NCBI GenBank assembly: GCA_000165425.1
Contig: CT867996.1
Span: 1 to 64,000 of the forward strand
Source of the DNA: Paramecium tetraurelia
Lineage: Eukaryota
Length of the DNA stretch: 64,000 nucleotides
Direction: 5' to 3'
Notes under the pieces: generated by a model
Told to the model about the DNA's origin: nothing
The model's input: only the letters and a program-made list of their open reading frames with translations
Databases searched by the model: none
In this document: positions 1 through 14,523 of the stretch, in pieces
How positions within the stretch are numbered: position 1 is the first letter of the stretch
Layout: every line of letters starts with the position of its first letter
Position numbers and translations under genes: made by a program

Positions 1-969
1 AAGGTATTGATTATTATCTGTTTGATTAATATTAGATAGCTTCTGATTAATGCTTTACATATTGTCTCAAACTTAAAAATTTATATAAATTAACTTGTCT
101 TTAAATTACTTATCTAATATTTATTGGCTTTCCTTCCATTTTTTTTGATCAATAATTTAGTTCTTTAGATCTTTATCCTAAAATGATTGTTTCAATGATG
201 TTCAAACTTCTTAAACATTTTTATTAGAGTAATATTTATGCATGAAATTTTTTTAATTCCATAAACTACCTATTTGAATCAGAGAATCATTTTTTATTCA
301 ATTTTACATATTAGAAATAGAATTGCTTTTGTATTAGCTCTTAAACTTAAAAATATTTCCTGTTTCAAATATTTGAAGAAAAACTAATTCAGTAGAAATA
401 ATATGTTGAAAACTATCTTTATTAAAGTATAAGCTCTCAAATTTTACTTATTTTTATAAATTATTTATCTATCTCTAATATCTTGTTTATTTAAATAAAT
501 CTATAATCAATCACAATAATTTTATATCTTCCTTACAATCATAAATGAACCGAAAGTGATTGCTTATCAATATGCAGAATTAGGGATAAATTCCATATTT
601 AGATATGACTGAAATACATATAAAAGGATGAAGCATCTTCATTTTATTTTTAAGAATATAAAAATTTCTTTGGTTAGTTAATATGAAGATAGCTTTATAT
701 TGATATTTTTATTCCGTTTAATTTCAGATATATATGACAGTTGGAATGATGTTAATATTTATTCATAACTTAAGATGAAACAAAATAACAAATGAATTTG
801 ATTGTATTATTCACTCCAAAATTGACAGATTGTATTTCTTAAACCAGAACCATTCATGCCACAAAATAATAGTTTTGATAATGGTTAATTCTAAGTTAAT
901 ATTTTTAATAGAATATAGTTTTATATTTATCTAAAGTTAATCCGCTTTTTATCATTTATTTTATTGATT

Positions 970-1359
970 ATGTCGATTGACTACTTACCAAAGGGAGGAG
1001 TCAATAAGGGAATTGTTATACCTTTGACATTTTCATGCCCTAAGGAATGTGTATGTTAATCCTCAAAACCAGTAGTTTGGTATTGTTTATGTGGAAGTGT
1101 TTTGTATCTCAGTGAATATGGTGATGTCTTTTGTGAAAATCACCTAAAGAATTGTTCAGGATAATTTATTAAGGATAAATGTTTCTAATGCGATAAGGCA
1201 AAACAATCTAACTTTAGGTATTAATTTAAAAGCTTGTCCTAAATTTTGATCACACTATCTATGAACTTGTAGTCCTTGGAATCTACTATGGATTAAGGGG
1301 ATTTGAAAAAATTTTGTACAAATATATTGAGCAACATAAGTAAAAGATGGTACTTTTGA
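970..1359 (+). CDS. Small Cys-rich, putative Zn-binding protein, 129 aa, intronless
   Basis: ATG 970 to TGA 1357-1359, 390 nt, open in the ciliate code: MSIDYLPKGG...FSCPKECVC...WYCLCGSVLYLSEYGDVFCENHLKNC...CFQC...SKRWYF. Confidence 0.75.
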
Positions 1360-4300
1360 AATTATATTGTTAATTATCAATAAATTAAAAGAATATATGG
1401 TTTTTATTGTTATAGAATAACCATTTAATTTTCATACTAATAAACATATCATTTAAGTAAAACATATTGTTCATATAATTTAATTTTCCTTAAATAGCTC
1501 AATTATATTCTCATTATAAATTGTAATAGAACAGATTTTCACATGAAATACATTAGCTCTTTATGGATCCCATCTATGAATCTCAGCTGTCTTTATGTAA
1601 CAAATGATGACCTGAGAGTAATATTTTGATTTTATATCTCTGTTACTCACAATAGTGACATAAATGAAAATTGCAATTATTCAATAAATACAGATTGTTT
1701 CATCTTCCTACTTAAGCAGAATAGCTTGCATTGATTTAAATTTTTTTTGCAGATTAAGAATTATCAATGGTTTCTGCATTCTAATAAAGATCATATGAGA
1801 AGTAAAATGAGCATGATTCATTAAGAATATAATTTTTGACATTAACATAATATGAGTCAGGCTTAATTATGAAAAATGAGTATGAATATGAGATCCTTGC
1901 ACTCTTCAACTCGACAGTATGATTTTTGAATCCAAAATTTCAGCTGATACTATTAAGTATCTTTAAAAATTCCAAAATATTATATAAATTTTTATCGAAA
2001 GCAAGAAATTAATTACCTGCAACAATTATCATAACAAGTTTTTCATTGGAATCCTAACAAGAGTTTTGATGAATTGCATGCTGAATATCTATACATTAAT
2101 TGGATACTCTTCTGATTTTCTCTTTAAATCTGCCCACTTTAAGTTCCAATATATTATCAAATTAATTTATTATTGAGACTCTATTTCAAGATAAATTATT
2201 TCAGTGACTATGTATCTTTAATTGTACACGATCAATTTAATAATACTAAATGCAGTGATGTTATTTATTAATATAGCAAATTAATCCATTTTCTTATTTA
2301 TTTGCACAAGATATCATAATTCAGAAAACTAATTAAACCCCCTAAAAAATCTGAAGGTCTTGAGCAAAATTATGCCGTTTATCGACAGCCTTTTTAGTTG
2401 ATCTATGCCCATTATCTTTTCTTCTTCATCTTTATAAAAACGTTTTATTTCTGATTTTGAACTTCGTATTATTTTCTAATTAACTTTAAAATTATATCAA
2501 TTCATTATTAATGATAAAAGGTACTAAATTTTCAAAAGGATATTTTGGCTAATCGTTTATACTATGTAGATACGATTCTAAATGCTGTATAAATTAATGA
2601 TTTTTCTAAGGTATGTAAGGTTGTGATGTGATTCTTAATTGTTAAAGATGCTGAATTAGAAGAAGTATTCAAATATAAAATGTATTTAATTGTTTCTATT
2701 AAAAATATAAAAAAGAAAATCCTTAAGTACAATATATAACTTTATTTATTATTAATATAATATATTTTAGCGATACTGTTTATTGAGCAAATGAAACTAA
2801 AGTTCAACCTTTAAGTTTTAGTTTTTTTGTAAGAAGATTCTTGAGTTGGAATACAACGCAGAATAATTTAAAAATGTAATCCAATCCTTGAAAATTCTTA
2901 TTTTAAGTTTATAATAATATTAAATTGATCTAAGTAATTTAGATTGATATTAATTCTTAATTTCATTTAACAGGTTTTATTTATTGACAAAAAGAAATTA
3001 TTATATATGGAAACTCAATGATTATAATGCTTTACATATAATCTATTTTTCTGTCTAAGCTGTGTCAGTCAAAAATCATGAGAAACTAAAGCGATAGATC
3101 ATCATCAACACTGCCAGCTCTATTCACATCTAGTTATTGTAATCAATTTAACACCATATCAAATACCCTTTCGAAGCAAAGCAAGAGTCTTTCTCTACAA
3201 ACTTAAAAAGCAGTTTTACCTTAAAGATTTGAACAACTGAAATTATAAAACTTAAGATTCAGAATTTTCAGGCATTTCTTACATGTGTTTTCCATAGTTA
3301 ATTTTTCAACAATTTTGGGAAATATTAAATATGAAAGTTAATATAGGAATTATGAATTTAAGAAACTCATGATTAGTTTCAAACATTTTTGAATAGATCT
3401 TAATTCTAAAAGTTCACACACTAAAAGAGCACAATTTCTTAAAATATTCATAAAGCATTGATTTGATGATATTCAATTAAATGATGAATAGAGCTAGTTA
3501 TTACTACTTCAGAATGATTTCTAAGCAATAATTCATAATTTAATATTCAAAAACATAAAGTTACTTCTAAGGAGACAAATTCTTGATAATTATTTTATGT
3601 TTTCTACAGTATTATTCAGTGTTTGCAAATAAAAGAACTAATTATGATATAATCTATTAAATTATAATTAAATTTTATCTGACTTTTGCGTTTTTGCTTA
3701 ATCAAAAAAGACAATAAGTAATTTCTAATTGCTCTCTATTCTTCAGTCGAACTCAAATTTTTAAGTAATTATCAGATAAATTGTATAAGAGTATATTATT
3801 TAATTCTCCATTCTTAAGAATTTAGAATCTCATAAGACTTGTGTTATTTGATGAATATTTTCTTTTTATTGAGAATATTTCTGGAGTTTGGTTATTCCTA
3901 AGGTGCAGTGGTATGGTTACCCTTGGCAAGAGGGCCTCGGACTTCTCATTAGGCCACCTGATTACAAATAACTTTAAAGTTAATTTAATTTAATTTTCTT
4001 TTCTCTTTTTTTTTAAGTGGAACCTTAAATCCTATCAGATCTTTTTATTTTAAAGATGGAAGCAAAAAATTGTTGCTCGGATATAAACTCTTCTTTCTTC
4101 CAATTGTGAAATTACTGATTAATTTATCATTAAAATTCAACTTCTTGCCTTTTTGGTTTTAAGTTATGCATCAGTTAGCTATTATAAATTGATCTGTGTC
4201 TAATATTGTTTATCTTCATTAGTTTCTGATTTTCCATAAAATTTAAAATAAAGCAGTTAAGAATATACTTTATTTTGTGAAAAATATTTATCCATGCTGA

Positions 4301-5886
4301 ACAGCCTTGTTAAAAATATTAAAAGAAACTGGACCAACTTACTATAAATTATCTGAATAGTATAGTAGATGTTGGATATGTTGTTGATTTGTAAATAATG
4401 CTGTCTTTTATTTTATCCTAATTAGATAACAGATGTTTTAAAAATTCAATATTTCCAGAGAGGATAACTAAATTGGAATCAATATTGCATTCTTTAAAAC
4501 CAATGCATCAAAATTATTCCTTAAATTTATTTTTACATTCCATGATAATCTCTACCTAATTTAGATTGGTATCTGCTAATTTAAAAGATTATATAGGCTT
4601 CCCAGCGAAGAAGGATGATATTATTACAGTTTTGATTTTTAAGTGGTCAATAGAAATTAAAGCCTCTTGTAAATAAACTTATATATTAATTTATTTGCTT
4701 ATCAAATCCAGAATGGAAATACTATACAGCTATATACTATCCTTCATTCGCATAATTATGTATAATTTTCGCGACCTGATTTTTTTTTCATTTAGATTCA
4801 TTCATATTGATTGGCTCTATTTTAAGTCTTTTGACTCCACTATCTGTCTATATAAATAAGATAAGATTAATCCTGCAGTGACTTGTATCATAATCTTTCC
4901 TTCATCAAAATCCCAAATCTTAGTCATTAAATAGAATACTAATCCCCTAAATAATGTGATTATTGTTATTTTAATTCACCATTTAATGATGGCTATTCTT
5001 GGCTGATGCCAAAGACTTGCACAAGACTCAAATCATACATGAATCCAGAAGCAGCCACTATCATCGCACTTTAATTTTTATAATCGTATGAGGATATTGT
5101 TTAGGTTCAAATTTATTGCAATCGCTTAATCTGCTCAGAAGATTGAGAGTTTACTCAAAACCACTAGAAAATTAATGAATAGTTGATATTTAAACTATCT
5201 CTTATCTAAAAACCTCATGAGTAATTTAAAGAATATCATAAATATAAGATTATAAGGAAGAACTTACAATTAATACTAAAATTAAATCTGAGGTTATAAG
5301 CAAAGTAGAATATTATCGTTTAAATGGCACCAATCATATCATTAAATAGTAAATAAGATGAACTAAATGATTAAGATTGACCAGATTTATAAATTTGATT
5401 ATTAATAGTTTTTATTCTAATCAAAATATCCTTCTTAATCATTTAAAAAGTTCTTTTTAAATCCTTATAAAGCAAAAACCTTTATTTATTATGTTATTAT
5501 TTTGAATATATAGTATATAAATAAAATTAAAAAAGCGAGGATTTCAAATCACGAGTTGTTTTTCGCACTCATTATTTTATAAAATTTATTGAAAATGATA
5601 GAATAGATTCTGAATCATATACCCAGCACAATTCGGATGTTAATCGATATTTTTTATAAAATCTTCCTATTTTTACAAGTGCTTAACTGAAAACAAATGT
5701 TAATATCTTTTAAATGTTAGGATAGAAAAATAATTATTAACAATTTTCTATTTTAGAATCTATTAAAAAATAATTACATTTATTAGGTTTATTTATAATA
5801 ATTTTATAATAATAGAATTCAAATTTTATAGGGGTTTATAAGGAGAGGAAAGAAAATGTATGTTGTATAATAAAAATCAAATAAAA

Positions 5887-8269
5887 ATGAATTCGTCTTC
5901 TTAAAAAAATGAGATTCGTGAAAATATGTGTCAAATTCATAACCGAGAGATAATTGCAATAGATCTAAACTCAACAGAAAATGGATCTATTAAATACCTT
6001 TGTTGTGACTGTATAGTTGAGAAATTGAATAACAATAGAATATCAACAATTGAACAAACATAAGCGAGAATTTAAGAATATTAGGCGTTAAGATAAGAAA
6101 AAAAGGCTGGAGAAATCAAAATAAAGCTCTAATAATATAAAATAGTGCTTGAAAAATATTCAGAGTTTAAAATAAATGCTTGTAATTCTTTAGTTAAGAT
6201 CTATGATCAAATAAAAACATAAATTAGTATTCTAGAAGAAAAGCAATCTTTATTGAGAAAATTTTAAACTACGTCTAATTTTTAAGAGGATGTTAAATCA
6301 TTATCTGAATTTCTTTCATTAAATGAAAACTAAATAGAATTTCAATAAGATACCTAATCTTTTGACGATTTAATCAGAGAACTTGAGCTCATTTTTAATA
6401 AGACCGCATACTAATAAACTATTATCACTTTTAAGGAAGCTAAATAGAAAATATAGGAATTCAATGAAGGTAATTAAATTAAATTAATGCCCCTGCAATT
6501 TGAAAATAATAAAGTAATTATTTATATTATCCAGAAAGCATAAAGTTTAAGTAGACTTTGTCCAACCCATAATAAAGAAATACTTCTGATTGACCTAGAA
6601 TCAAAAAATAAATAAATAGAAGAGAGATTTGCTTGCTTAGAATGCGTTGGTGATGAAGGCTTTAATTGCAAATAAAAATCAATTGAAAAAATAAATTTAT
6701 TATGGAATCAAAAGAAAATTAATTAAATTAAATTTGTTGAAGAATTAAAGTCAAAGAGGTAATCAAAATAAGAGAAATTAAATAAAAAGATTTAGTAAAT
6801 GAGAGAGAATTACAATTCAAAAATAAATTCCATCAGTGAACAATTAATAACAAATTTTCCCTTACCGATAACCAAAACAAGTGAACTTAGTAAGTTTAAA
6901 TAAGTTTCAATACAATAATTAAGTAATGAAGAATTGAATTAAACTATTAATTATCTGATTCAATAAGATAATGATAATATTTAAAATGAGTATATGATTA
7001 CTAAAGACATTTAATTTACAAACTCAATAGAAAGTTAATTAGAACAATTAAAATAAAATGATTTATTAGACATTTAAGAGTCAATTAATATTTTGCATGA
7101 TTAATCAAGTATCAAGAATAGTTTATTATTAGCTGACAACAAATTGTAGGGAATTCTTTAACTATCAAAACTAATTTAATAGAGTACAATTGTAGAATAA
7201 TAACAATAGATAAGAAAACAAGAGTTGGATGAATTAATAAGTTCTTCTAAATAAATATATTCTTAGTTGGATTTGTTGAATTACGCAATTGAAAAATTTT
7301 AATAGCACAATAACAAAGTTATTTCTATTAAAAATAAAATATAATCAATTCCAGATCATGAAAATTTTTCAAACATTCAACAACAACTTACTTTGTATTT
7401 GAATAATTTCGAAAAGGATTTTAAGGATCTGAAGAAATTTTGTGAAATAGATTAATTAGAGAGTGCTAAATTGGCTTTACAATAAGATTATACAAAATTG
7501 CAATTAGAAAGTAAAAAGATTATTCAATAAATTAGACAAGGAGTTAGAAATAAATTTATAAAACATAGTAGATGAATTAATTGAAAAATTGAAGGTAGAA
7601 CAAAATAAGAATGCTTAGTGTTAAGAACAATCAATAGTCTATTAAAATGAGATCAAACAATTAGCTTAAAAGATTATAGATAAGGAAGATTTAATAAAAA
7701 CACATGAATCACTGTTTGATAAATTTGGATTAAATTTAAAACCGAAATTATTATAAGATGATTTTTGGGTTAGATTATCCTTTTATTTATAAGAAAAATC
7801 AAAAAAAAAAATCCATGAATCTCTCTTAATTTATTAAGGAACTAGGGATGGATTGAATAAAGATTAATTTTGGAATAAGTGTGATGGAAAGAGTAATCTT
7901 CTTATGATATTTTAATCTGAGAGCGGATACATATTTGGTGGATATTCTCCATGTTAATGGATATAGTATACTGGCAAATATATTCAAGATAATTCAAAAT
8001 AATCATTTTTATTTTCATAAACACATTTTTAATTCTATCCTATGAAAACAAATGGTAATTGTTATGCAATATACTCAAATAATTCATCGGGGCCTGTATT
8101 TGGAGATGGTCATGATATAAAGATAGACAGTAATTTTAAAGATGGCTATTCTAATTTAGGTCATGGATATATATGGGATTAATATCAGGGTGCCTATTCA
8201 AAGCATCTATTTGGATAGGATAAACCAAACATAGCTGAATGTGAAATATATGAATTAAAATTAAATTGA
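5887..8269 (+). CDS. TLDc-domain protein with two N-terminal CxxH...CxxC Zn-finger-like modules and coiled coils
   Basis: Introns 6514-6534 and 7511-7535. The C-terminus has TLDc-type motifs LIYQGTRDG..FWNKCDGK, YIFGGYSP, SFLFS, GPVFGDGHDI and ECEIYEL. The N-terminal module is CQIHNREIIAIDL..LCCDC, and a second copy reads CPTHNKEILLIDL..FACLEC. Confidence 0.9.
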
Positions 8270-11104
8270 AATTTGAATTAGACCTTATTGTGATCCAAAA
8301 AATACTATCTATTTATATCGTTATTTGAAATTTCAAATTCTTCACAAAAAGTCTTTATATATATTTAAACTCTATATATTGATGATTATCTGGGAGAATC
8401 ATTAATATGTTGTAAATATAAACGAGTAGAATTAATTTATAACAATAATAAAAAAAAAACACTATCGAGAATGATAATTGAAATTTTAAAATAACATATT
8501 AAAGTTGATGAACTAGTTATTAATTAAGATAGCAAGGTTTAAAAAATTTAAACACAATATTAGTATTTTCAATAAAAAATAAAAATTGAACCATCTAATA
8601 TAAAGTAATAACCAATTTATTGCTATTTAATTTATGTAAACTTCAAATAATTTGAGTAAATAATCAAAGTTAAAAATTCTCAATTTTACTCTTTGATTAG
8701 AATTAATGTAACAAATAGTTTACAAGGTATCATGATTGCTGATTGGTTAATAGAAGAATAATATTGCTTAGAACATGAACATTAATTTTAAAAAATCTTT
8801 GGCCTAAATATTTTGATATAGATAAGAACCAGAAAATTAATTTTTTATATAATTTATGATTCATAAATTCTAATTAATTGAAGAAGGTTGCTAAATCAAT
8901 TTTAGATGGATTTTATATTCTCGATCTATGTTAATGATGCACTAATTAATGCATTCCATTCCTGTAGCTACATCAAATGTGGATAAAATAAAACCAAAAA
9001 TAAACACATATAGAGGCAGCAAATGGTAGCCACATAGAAGTGAGGATATTGAACCTTTAAAAAACTGTATTATTGTAGTTAACCATTTATTGAAGCTGTT
9101 GTTTAATGTATTCAAGGCACTTGTTGAAATGCATAAATATAGATTTCATAGAATTATTAGAATTTTTTCATTCTTCTTCTTTCTCTTTAGTAGTAGAACT
9201 TAGCCTTTATTGATCCACTAGTAATGAAAGGAAAAAAGAAGTTTTAAGGAAACTAAAGAAACAAAGTTTTAGGCATTAACAAATAGGATACAAAATACTT
9301 TTCTAATGAATCCTACCTAGAATGAAATAATGTATAATATTATTAGCTTCAAATACATCAGTTTTCAAACATACGTATATAATTTTTCCCTTTCATACTT
9401 TCTAAACGAGGGCTATTGTTTTATTAAAAGTATATATAAATTCTTCAATTAATTCTATCAATATATTTGAATATGCAAATACAAAATAACTGTTTAATAA
9501 TTTTTAATACAGTTTATTTGTACTAGAGTGAACTCATAACAAAAGTTGATATTTTAACTTTGATTATTATTAAATGGTAATTATATAAGACAAAATAAAA
9601 AAATTTCTCATGACTTCTAATTCGCTATAATAATATCTAATTAATCGAAGATTTTTGTGAGTACGATTTATAACATTAACAGATTTTGAAATTGCAAATA
9701 AATACCATCATTAAAAATATGATTAATCAAAATTTAAAGTGAAAATAGCCCTCATCTTTAAATCCTCTAATTAGTAAAATTCTAATCAACAGTATTTAAC
9801 TGACAAAATTTGTCTGATTATCAGAAATAAAATGGGTGGTAAGCCAAATTGGCTTTGCATCCAAACAACAGCTCCTAAGTTTATAAATACAGAGTTCCTT
9901 GAGTATTAAGAATTGCCTGTTGTTAATAGTGAGTGATGTCAAGAACTTAAGTGTAAATTTGTTTTAGAAATACTCTACGATTTGGCATTTATCAACTACG
10001 TATCCTTGAAAATAAATCGTAAAATGTATTTTTCTAATTATTTTGGGCACCTTCTCTTCGTTAATATAAAATTAAAATTTTAACCTTTCAAATTTAAAAT
10101 ACTTGAAAAAAATCTAAATTCTTCTGGCTTTTCGCAATTATTTTCACTCTGAGTTATTTCAATTTCCTTTAACCATACAACATTGTGATAAAAGTGCTTT
10201 TTAAATATAAAAATATAACATAAAATTGAACCTTCAGTTCACTTTTTATTATAAATATAGTTCTTTAGTAGCTTTACTACAACGAATCCACTGTTAATTA
10301 TATGCTATTGGAAACTATTTATAGATTATAAGTTAATTCTCTACCAAAAATAATTTAAATGCAAAAACTAAAGTATATAGTCAATTACGATTGCATCCAT
10401 TTTTTTTAATTCAGCTTTTAGATATTTCCTATTAAGAGGTTATCTTCATCTTTCAAAAGCTTTGTTATGATCAATACTTTTGTATCTAATTAAAATATTG
10501 CGTTCATCTATTCACAAATTCTATTTTCGATGCCATCTTGGAGAAATAAAAAATATATATTTACGGGTTAGTAATAAGGTTTGTAGACTAGTATTCTATT
10601 GTCTAAGCAATTTAAAGAAACTGCTGAATAACATGAGTTTTAATATTTGATTCCCAAAACAAAAATTACAATGTAACTTATAAATTAAATTTGATTTACT
10701 ATCAAATATATCAAATCGTTAACATTTAATAATCTTAAGAGACTTATGTTTTTTCTCAATATTTCTAACTCTATTTAAATAGAAATACTCTAACTTATTT
10801 TAATTTAAAATCCTTTTGAAATGGAGCCACTGCTAAGGTATAATAATAGAAAAATGATTTCAGGTAAAGAGAAATAAATTAAAATTTTAAAATATTAATG
10901 AAGTAATAATGAATACAAATATAATAAAAAAAAAAGGATGAATTCATTTAATTTAGTAAAAAGTGCGAATTTATTATTTAATGAATTAACAATCTTGCTT
11001 TGTTCAATTTATTAAAAATTATATACTGAATTGTTGTAGTATGATAAATTAATGGCTTAATATAATAAGAAATAATATAAATTATTACTATTATTTATTA
11101 ATAT

Positions 11105-13601
11105 ATGGATTAAGAAGTTCAAGTTAAGTATTTTAAGCTACCAAAAAAAGAAGAGGTCGAAAAAGGATTTCTGATTTTTGTTTTAGATTGCTCAGGATCT
11201 ATGGCAAGCTGTATTCTTCCTATATTATCTTATAGATTGGAAATATGTGGCGAAATATCATAATGAGTTAAAAGAAAAAGCCATTATGTCAATAGCTATT
11301 ACTTTCGACACATATGTTAAAGTATTGCAGCCTAATGAAAATATATCTCCAAACATATATTAATATGGTGGAGAAAGTACAAATATAACAAGTGCCTTTG
11401 TTGCCTTAAATCAAGAAATTAAAAAAAGAGAGATCACAAGTGATTTAACAGTAGTGTTTGTTTCTGATGGGCAAGGTAGTTATGATGAGAATGCAATAGA
11501 GTAAAATATGCCCAAGGTAAACAATCTAAATTTTATTTGTGTGGGTGTAGGAAATGGATTTCCAACTCATATTTCAATGAGTCTTAGAGCACTTTATCAC
11601 ACAGGCAATTTTTCAATACCTCCTGTGTTCATAGTTTCAGTCGAAGATTAATCAAGCAAATAAAGAGAGGAATTTTTAGATTCTATATTTAAAGAGGAAT
11701 TTTAATCAGTTGGGGCTATTTTAAAACCAAGAAAATAATGCGAAACTTCTCCTTGCCTGTGTTTTCCTTGGAGCAAGGAGAAAACAACAATGGTTTGGTC
11801 TGGTAGTTGGGTAGGCAGCCATGATAATGAAATCACTTTTGATGGAAGGGTACTCTAGCCTTCAAATCCATCCGAGGTTATGATATTAGAATTGGCCTCT
11901 TATTGGCTATAGAATATTTAATTGCTTTCGTTGAAATCAAAGGTGAAATAGGAAGCTTAGGTGGCTCTTGCAGAATTTGAAAGGTTATCGAATTTAACGC
12001 CAAAACTTCAAGGTTAAAAGAAATAAAAAACATTTGCTTAAAGAGTGTAAGAATCTTAATTTAAGGATACAGGACTCTCAGATCTTGTCGCAGAATTGAA
12101 ATTATTCACATAAGACTTTACATTAAATTAATTAAGCGATAAGGATGCAGCTGACAGATTGAAGATTGGAACTAAAATAGGTAAATTTCACACTAAAGCT
12201 CTAAAATTTGCTGGATTATCTATCGAAGAATTTACAAAAGCCAAACAATAGCTCATTGAGTGTCTTAAATAACATAAATTTGATGGTAATGATGGAGATA
12301 GATCCGTTATGACATTATAAAGTTAGAAGGAGATATTACAAGAAGAGGATTTAATCTATGGATTAGAAAATTGTTCATCTTAATATCAATTGGTGACTGC
12401 ATTTCCAATAATAGGTTATGGATTATAGGTTAAAAGAACAAATGCAAGCATGATTGATCCATATAAGATTGAAATTGTATCTCTGGTTAGGATTCATAAA
12501 TTTTTAGATTCGGTCTCCTTGATAGAGAACGCTTAGCATGAATTAAAGTTTTAAGTTGGAAACGGATAAGAGGAAATAGTTAATTGTATTCTCCCTTTGT
12601 ACACAAAAAAGAATGAGGATCTGAAGCCATTCTTCAGATCTTTAATATTTCACACAATAATGACATTTGTGGCATGTGAGAATGCAGATGTATGTTTTGA
12701 TTAATCCTATGCAGCCTTATTAGCAAATACTTTATTTTATTTGATTAGATAACCAAAGTCTGAATGGAGTAGAGAGATGATAAGTTTAATCAATGAGTCG
12801 TATACTTTGGCTTATGAGTAACATAATAAGAATTTTACAAATAAGTTAATTTAAAACCCAATCTAAAGCTTAGTTGATTTTAATAAGGATTTTGATACTC
12901 ACTGTATGGATACAATTAAGGTTATACTTATTCTATCTGCCAAAAAGGATCAATTATAAAAGGAATAAGTAAAAAATATCCTTGATAGGTTTATAATTGA
13001 AACAATAGGGAGAATGTTGAAAGAAATGGCTCCTAAGGATCATATAAATATCTTTTTCAATTAAGAGAATGAACATTAAATAATAAAAGAAGCTACTGAA
13101 AGAATAATTAATAGATTTGATCACGAGAAACTGAAAGAATATAACTCTATTTCTGCAATTAGTTATTAAATTTTCAATGAAGTTGAACAAAACAAAGTTG
13201 AGGAATGGCAATTACAAGTGACATTCAAAAAGGATCAAGTAATTGAATTTTTATCACACACTAAATATCAATATAAAGATTTATAATGCATCTATGAGTA
13301 CTTCATGCAAGAGGAAATTCCCGAAAATTTTTTTATTGCTGCAGTATTTCATGCAAGATACTAAAGATCAATAGAAAGAGCAACCAATGAGTTCATTGTA
13401 GATTTTGATTTACTTAATACAAAAATTTTATTAGTTAAGCACAAATTCCTTAAAGTTGAATTGTTGGAAAAATGTAAAGTAGAAATCAAATCACATATTT
13501 AGAAGATGGGATTCAACAATTTATTTGTGTAAAGAAGGCCTGAATCTGGAAAAAGTGGAAGAAATAGACCAAATGCCAATAGCTTATAGAAGAAACCATG
13601 A
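11105..13601 (+). CDS. von Willebrand factor A (vWA) domain protein, about 823 aa
   Basis: One intron, 11211-11235; spliced length 2472 nt is in frame. MIDAS elements are FVLDCSGSM, GGESTNI and VFVSDG, followed by a long C-terminal region I cannot assign. Confidence 0.9.
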
Positions 13602-14523
13602 ATTACAATTAAGATAATTTGATTCTCATATTTAAATTATATTGAATATTAAAATTAGTGTTGCTTTGCCCTTAAAAATTAATTTATACATATGAAATCC
13701 TTGTAATGAAAAATTAACATTAATAATTATATGAGTTATTATAAAAAACAATTAAATATACATAAACTGGTATATATTAGACTCATGTGATTTCAATTAT
13801 AACTAACCTTCAAATACGAGCACAACATATAATCATATAATCTAAGGTGATTAAATGTATTCCTACATGAAATCTAAATTATCATTTAGAATCTAGTTAA
13901 GTAAAAGAATTATAAAGTCATCAAGCAATTCTAGCAATTTAGCATATAATATTTTTGATACTTATTCTCTAAATGAAACAAATGGAGTGTTTTATGTTCT
14001 CAATAAAAAATTCAAATTACTGAAAAAAATATATAAAAGACTATTTAATAGAGCAATCCATCTAAAGAATTTTTTCCAATTCATGAACAAGAATGAATCA
14101 AGTTTCATATGTCTATTTACATCATTTTAAATGCATTTGCCTTCAAATTTATAATTCTTTAGAACCATAAATTTTTATCTCAAATGATTGCACATTTTAA
14201 CTAAGAAAAAAATGAATCAAACAAGTATAACTATGCTGCATATTTATCCTTGAAAATGATGTAAGTATAGAAAAAAGGCAAAATTCAGAATTCCAGATCT
14301 CTTTCATCAATTTATAAAAAGAATTGGATTGAAATCAATTTATTAGTGGAGATAAGTGGTTTGATTTATCTAGTAGGGAAACAAAATGATCGAATAAAGA
14401 ATAAGATTAGAAGCTGACTAAAAAGTTAAAGAAAGTGTATTTTGCATGCCCACATAATTTCAATTTGGATATGAATTTTATTTTTTAAATTGATATCTTT
14501 AAATCAATTATCTTCTCTAAAAT

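Noticed and set aside
535..600. IINEP peptide reminiscent of HSP70
   Set aside because: A five-residue match with no other HSP70 motifs, followed shortly by a TGA.
3895..3962. Locally GC-rich segment with short inverted repeats (aggtg/cacct, ggcct/aggcc), considered as a tRNA or structured RNA
   Set aside because: No T-loop motif or cloverleaf, and the stems are short and partly overlapping. It is more likely part of a decayed coding sequence; a covariance-model search would settle it.
4290..5340. Possible WD40 remnant on the minus strand (KIWDFDEGKI)
   Set aside because: Only one short motif, and I could not build a consistent reading frame.
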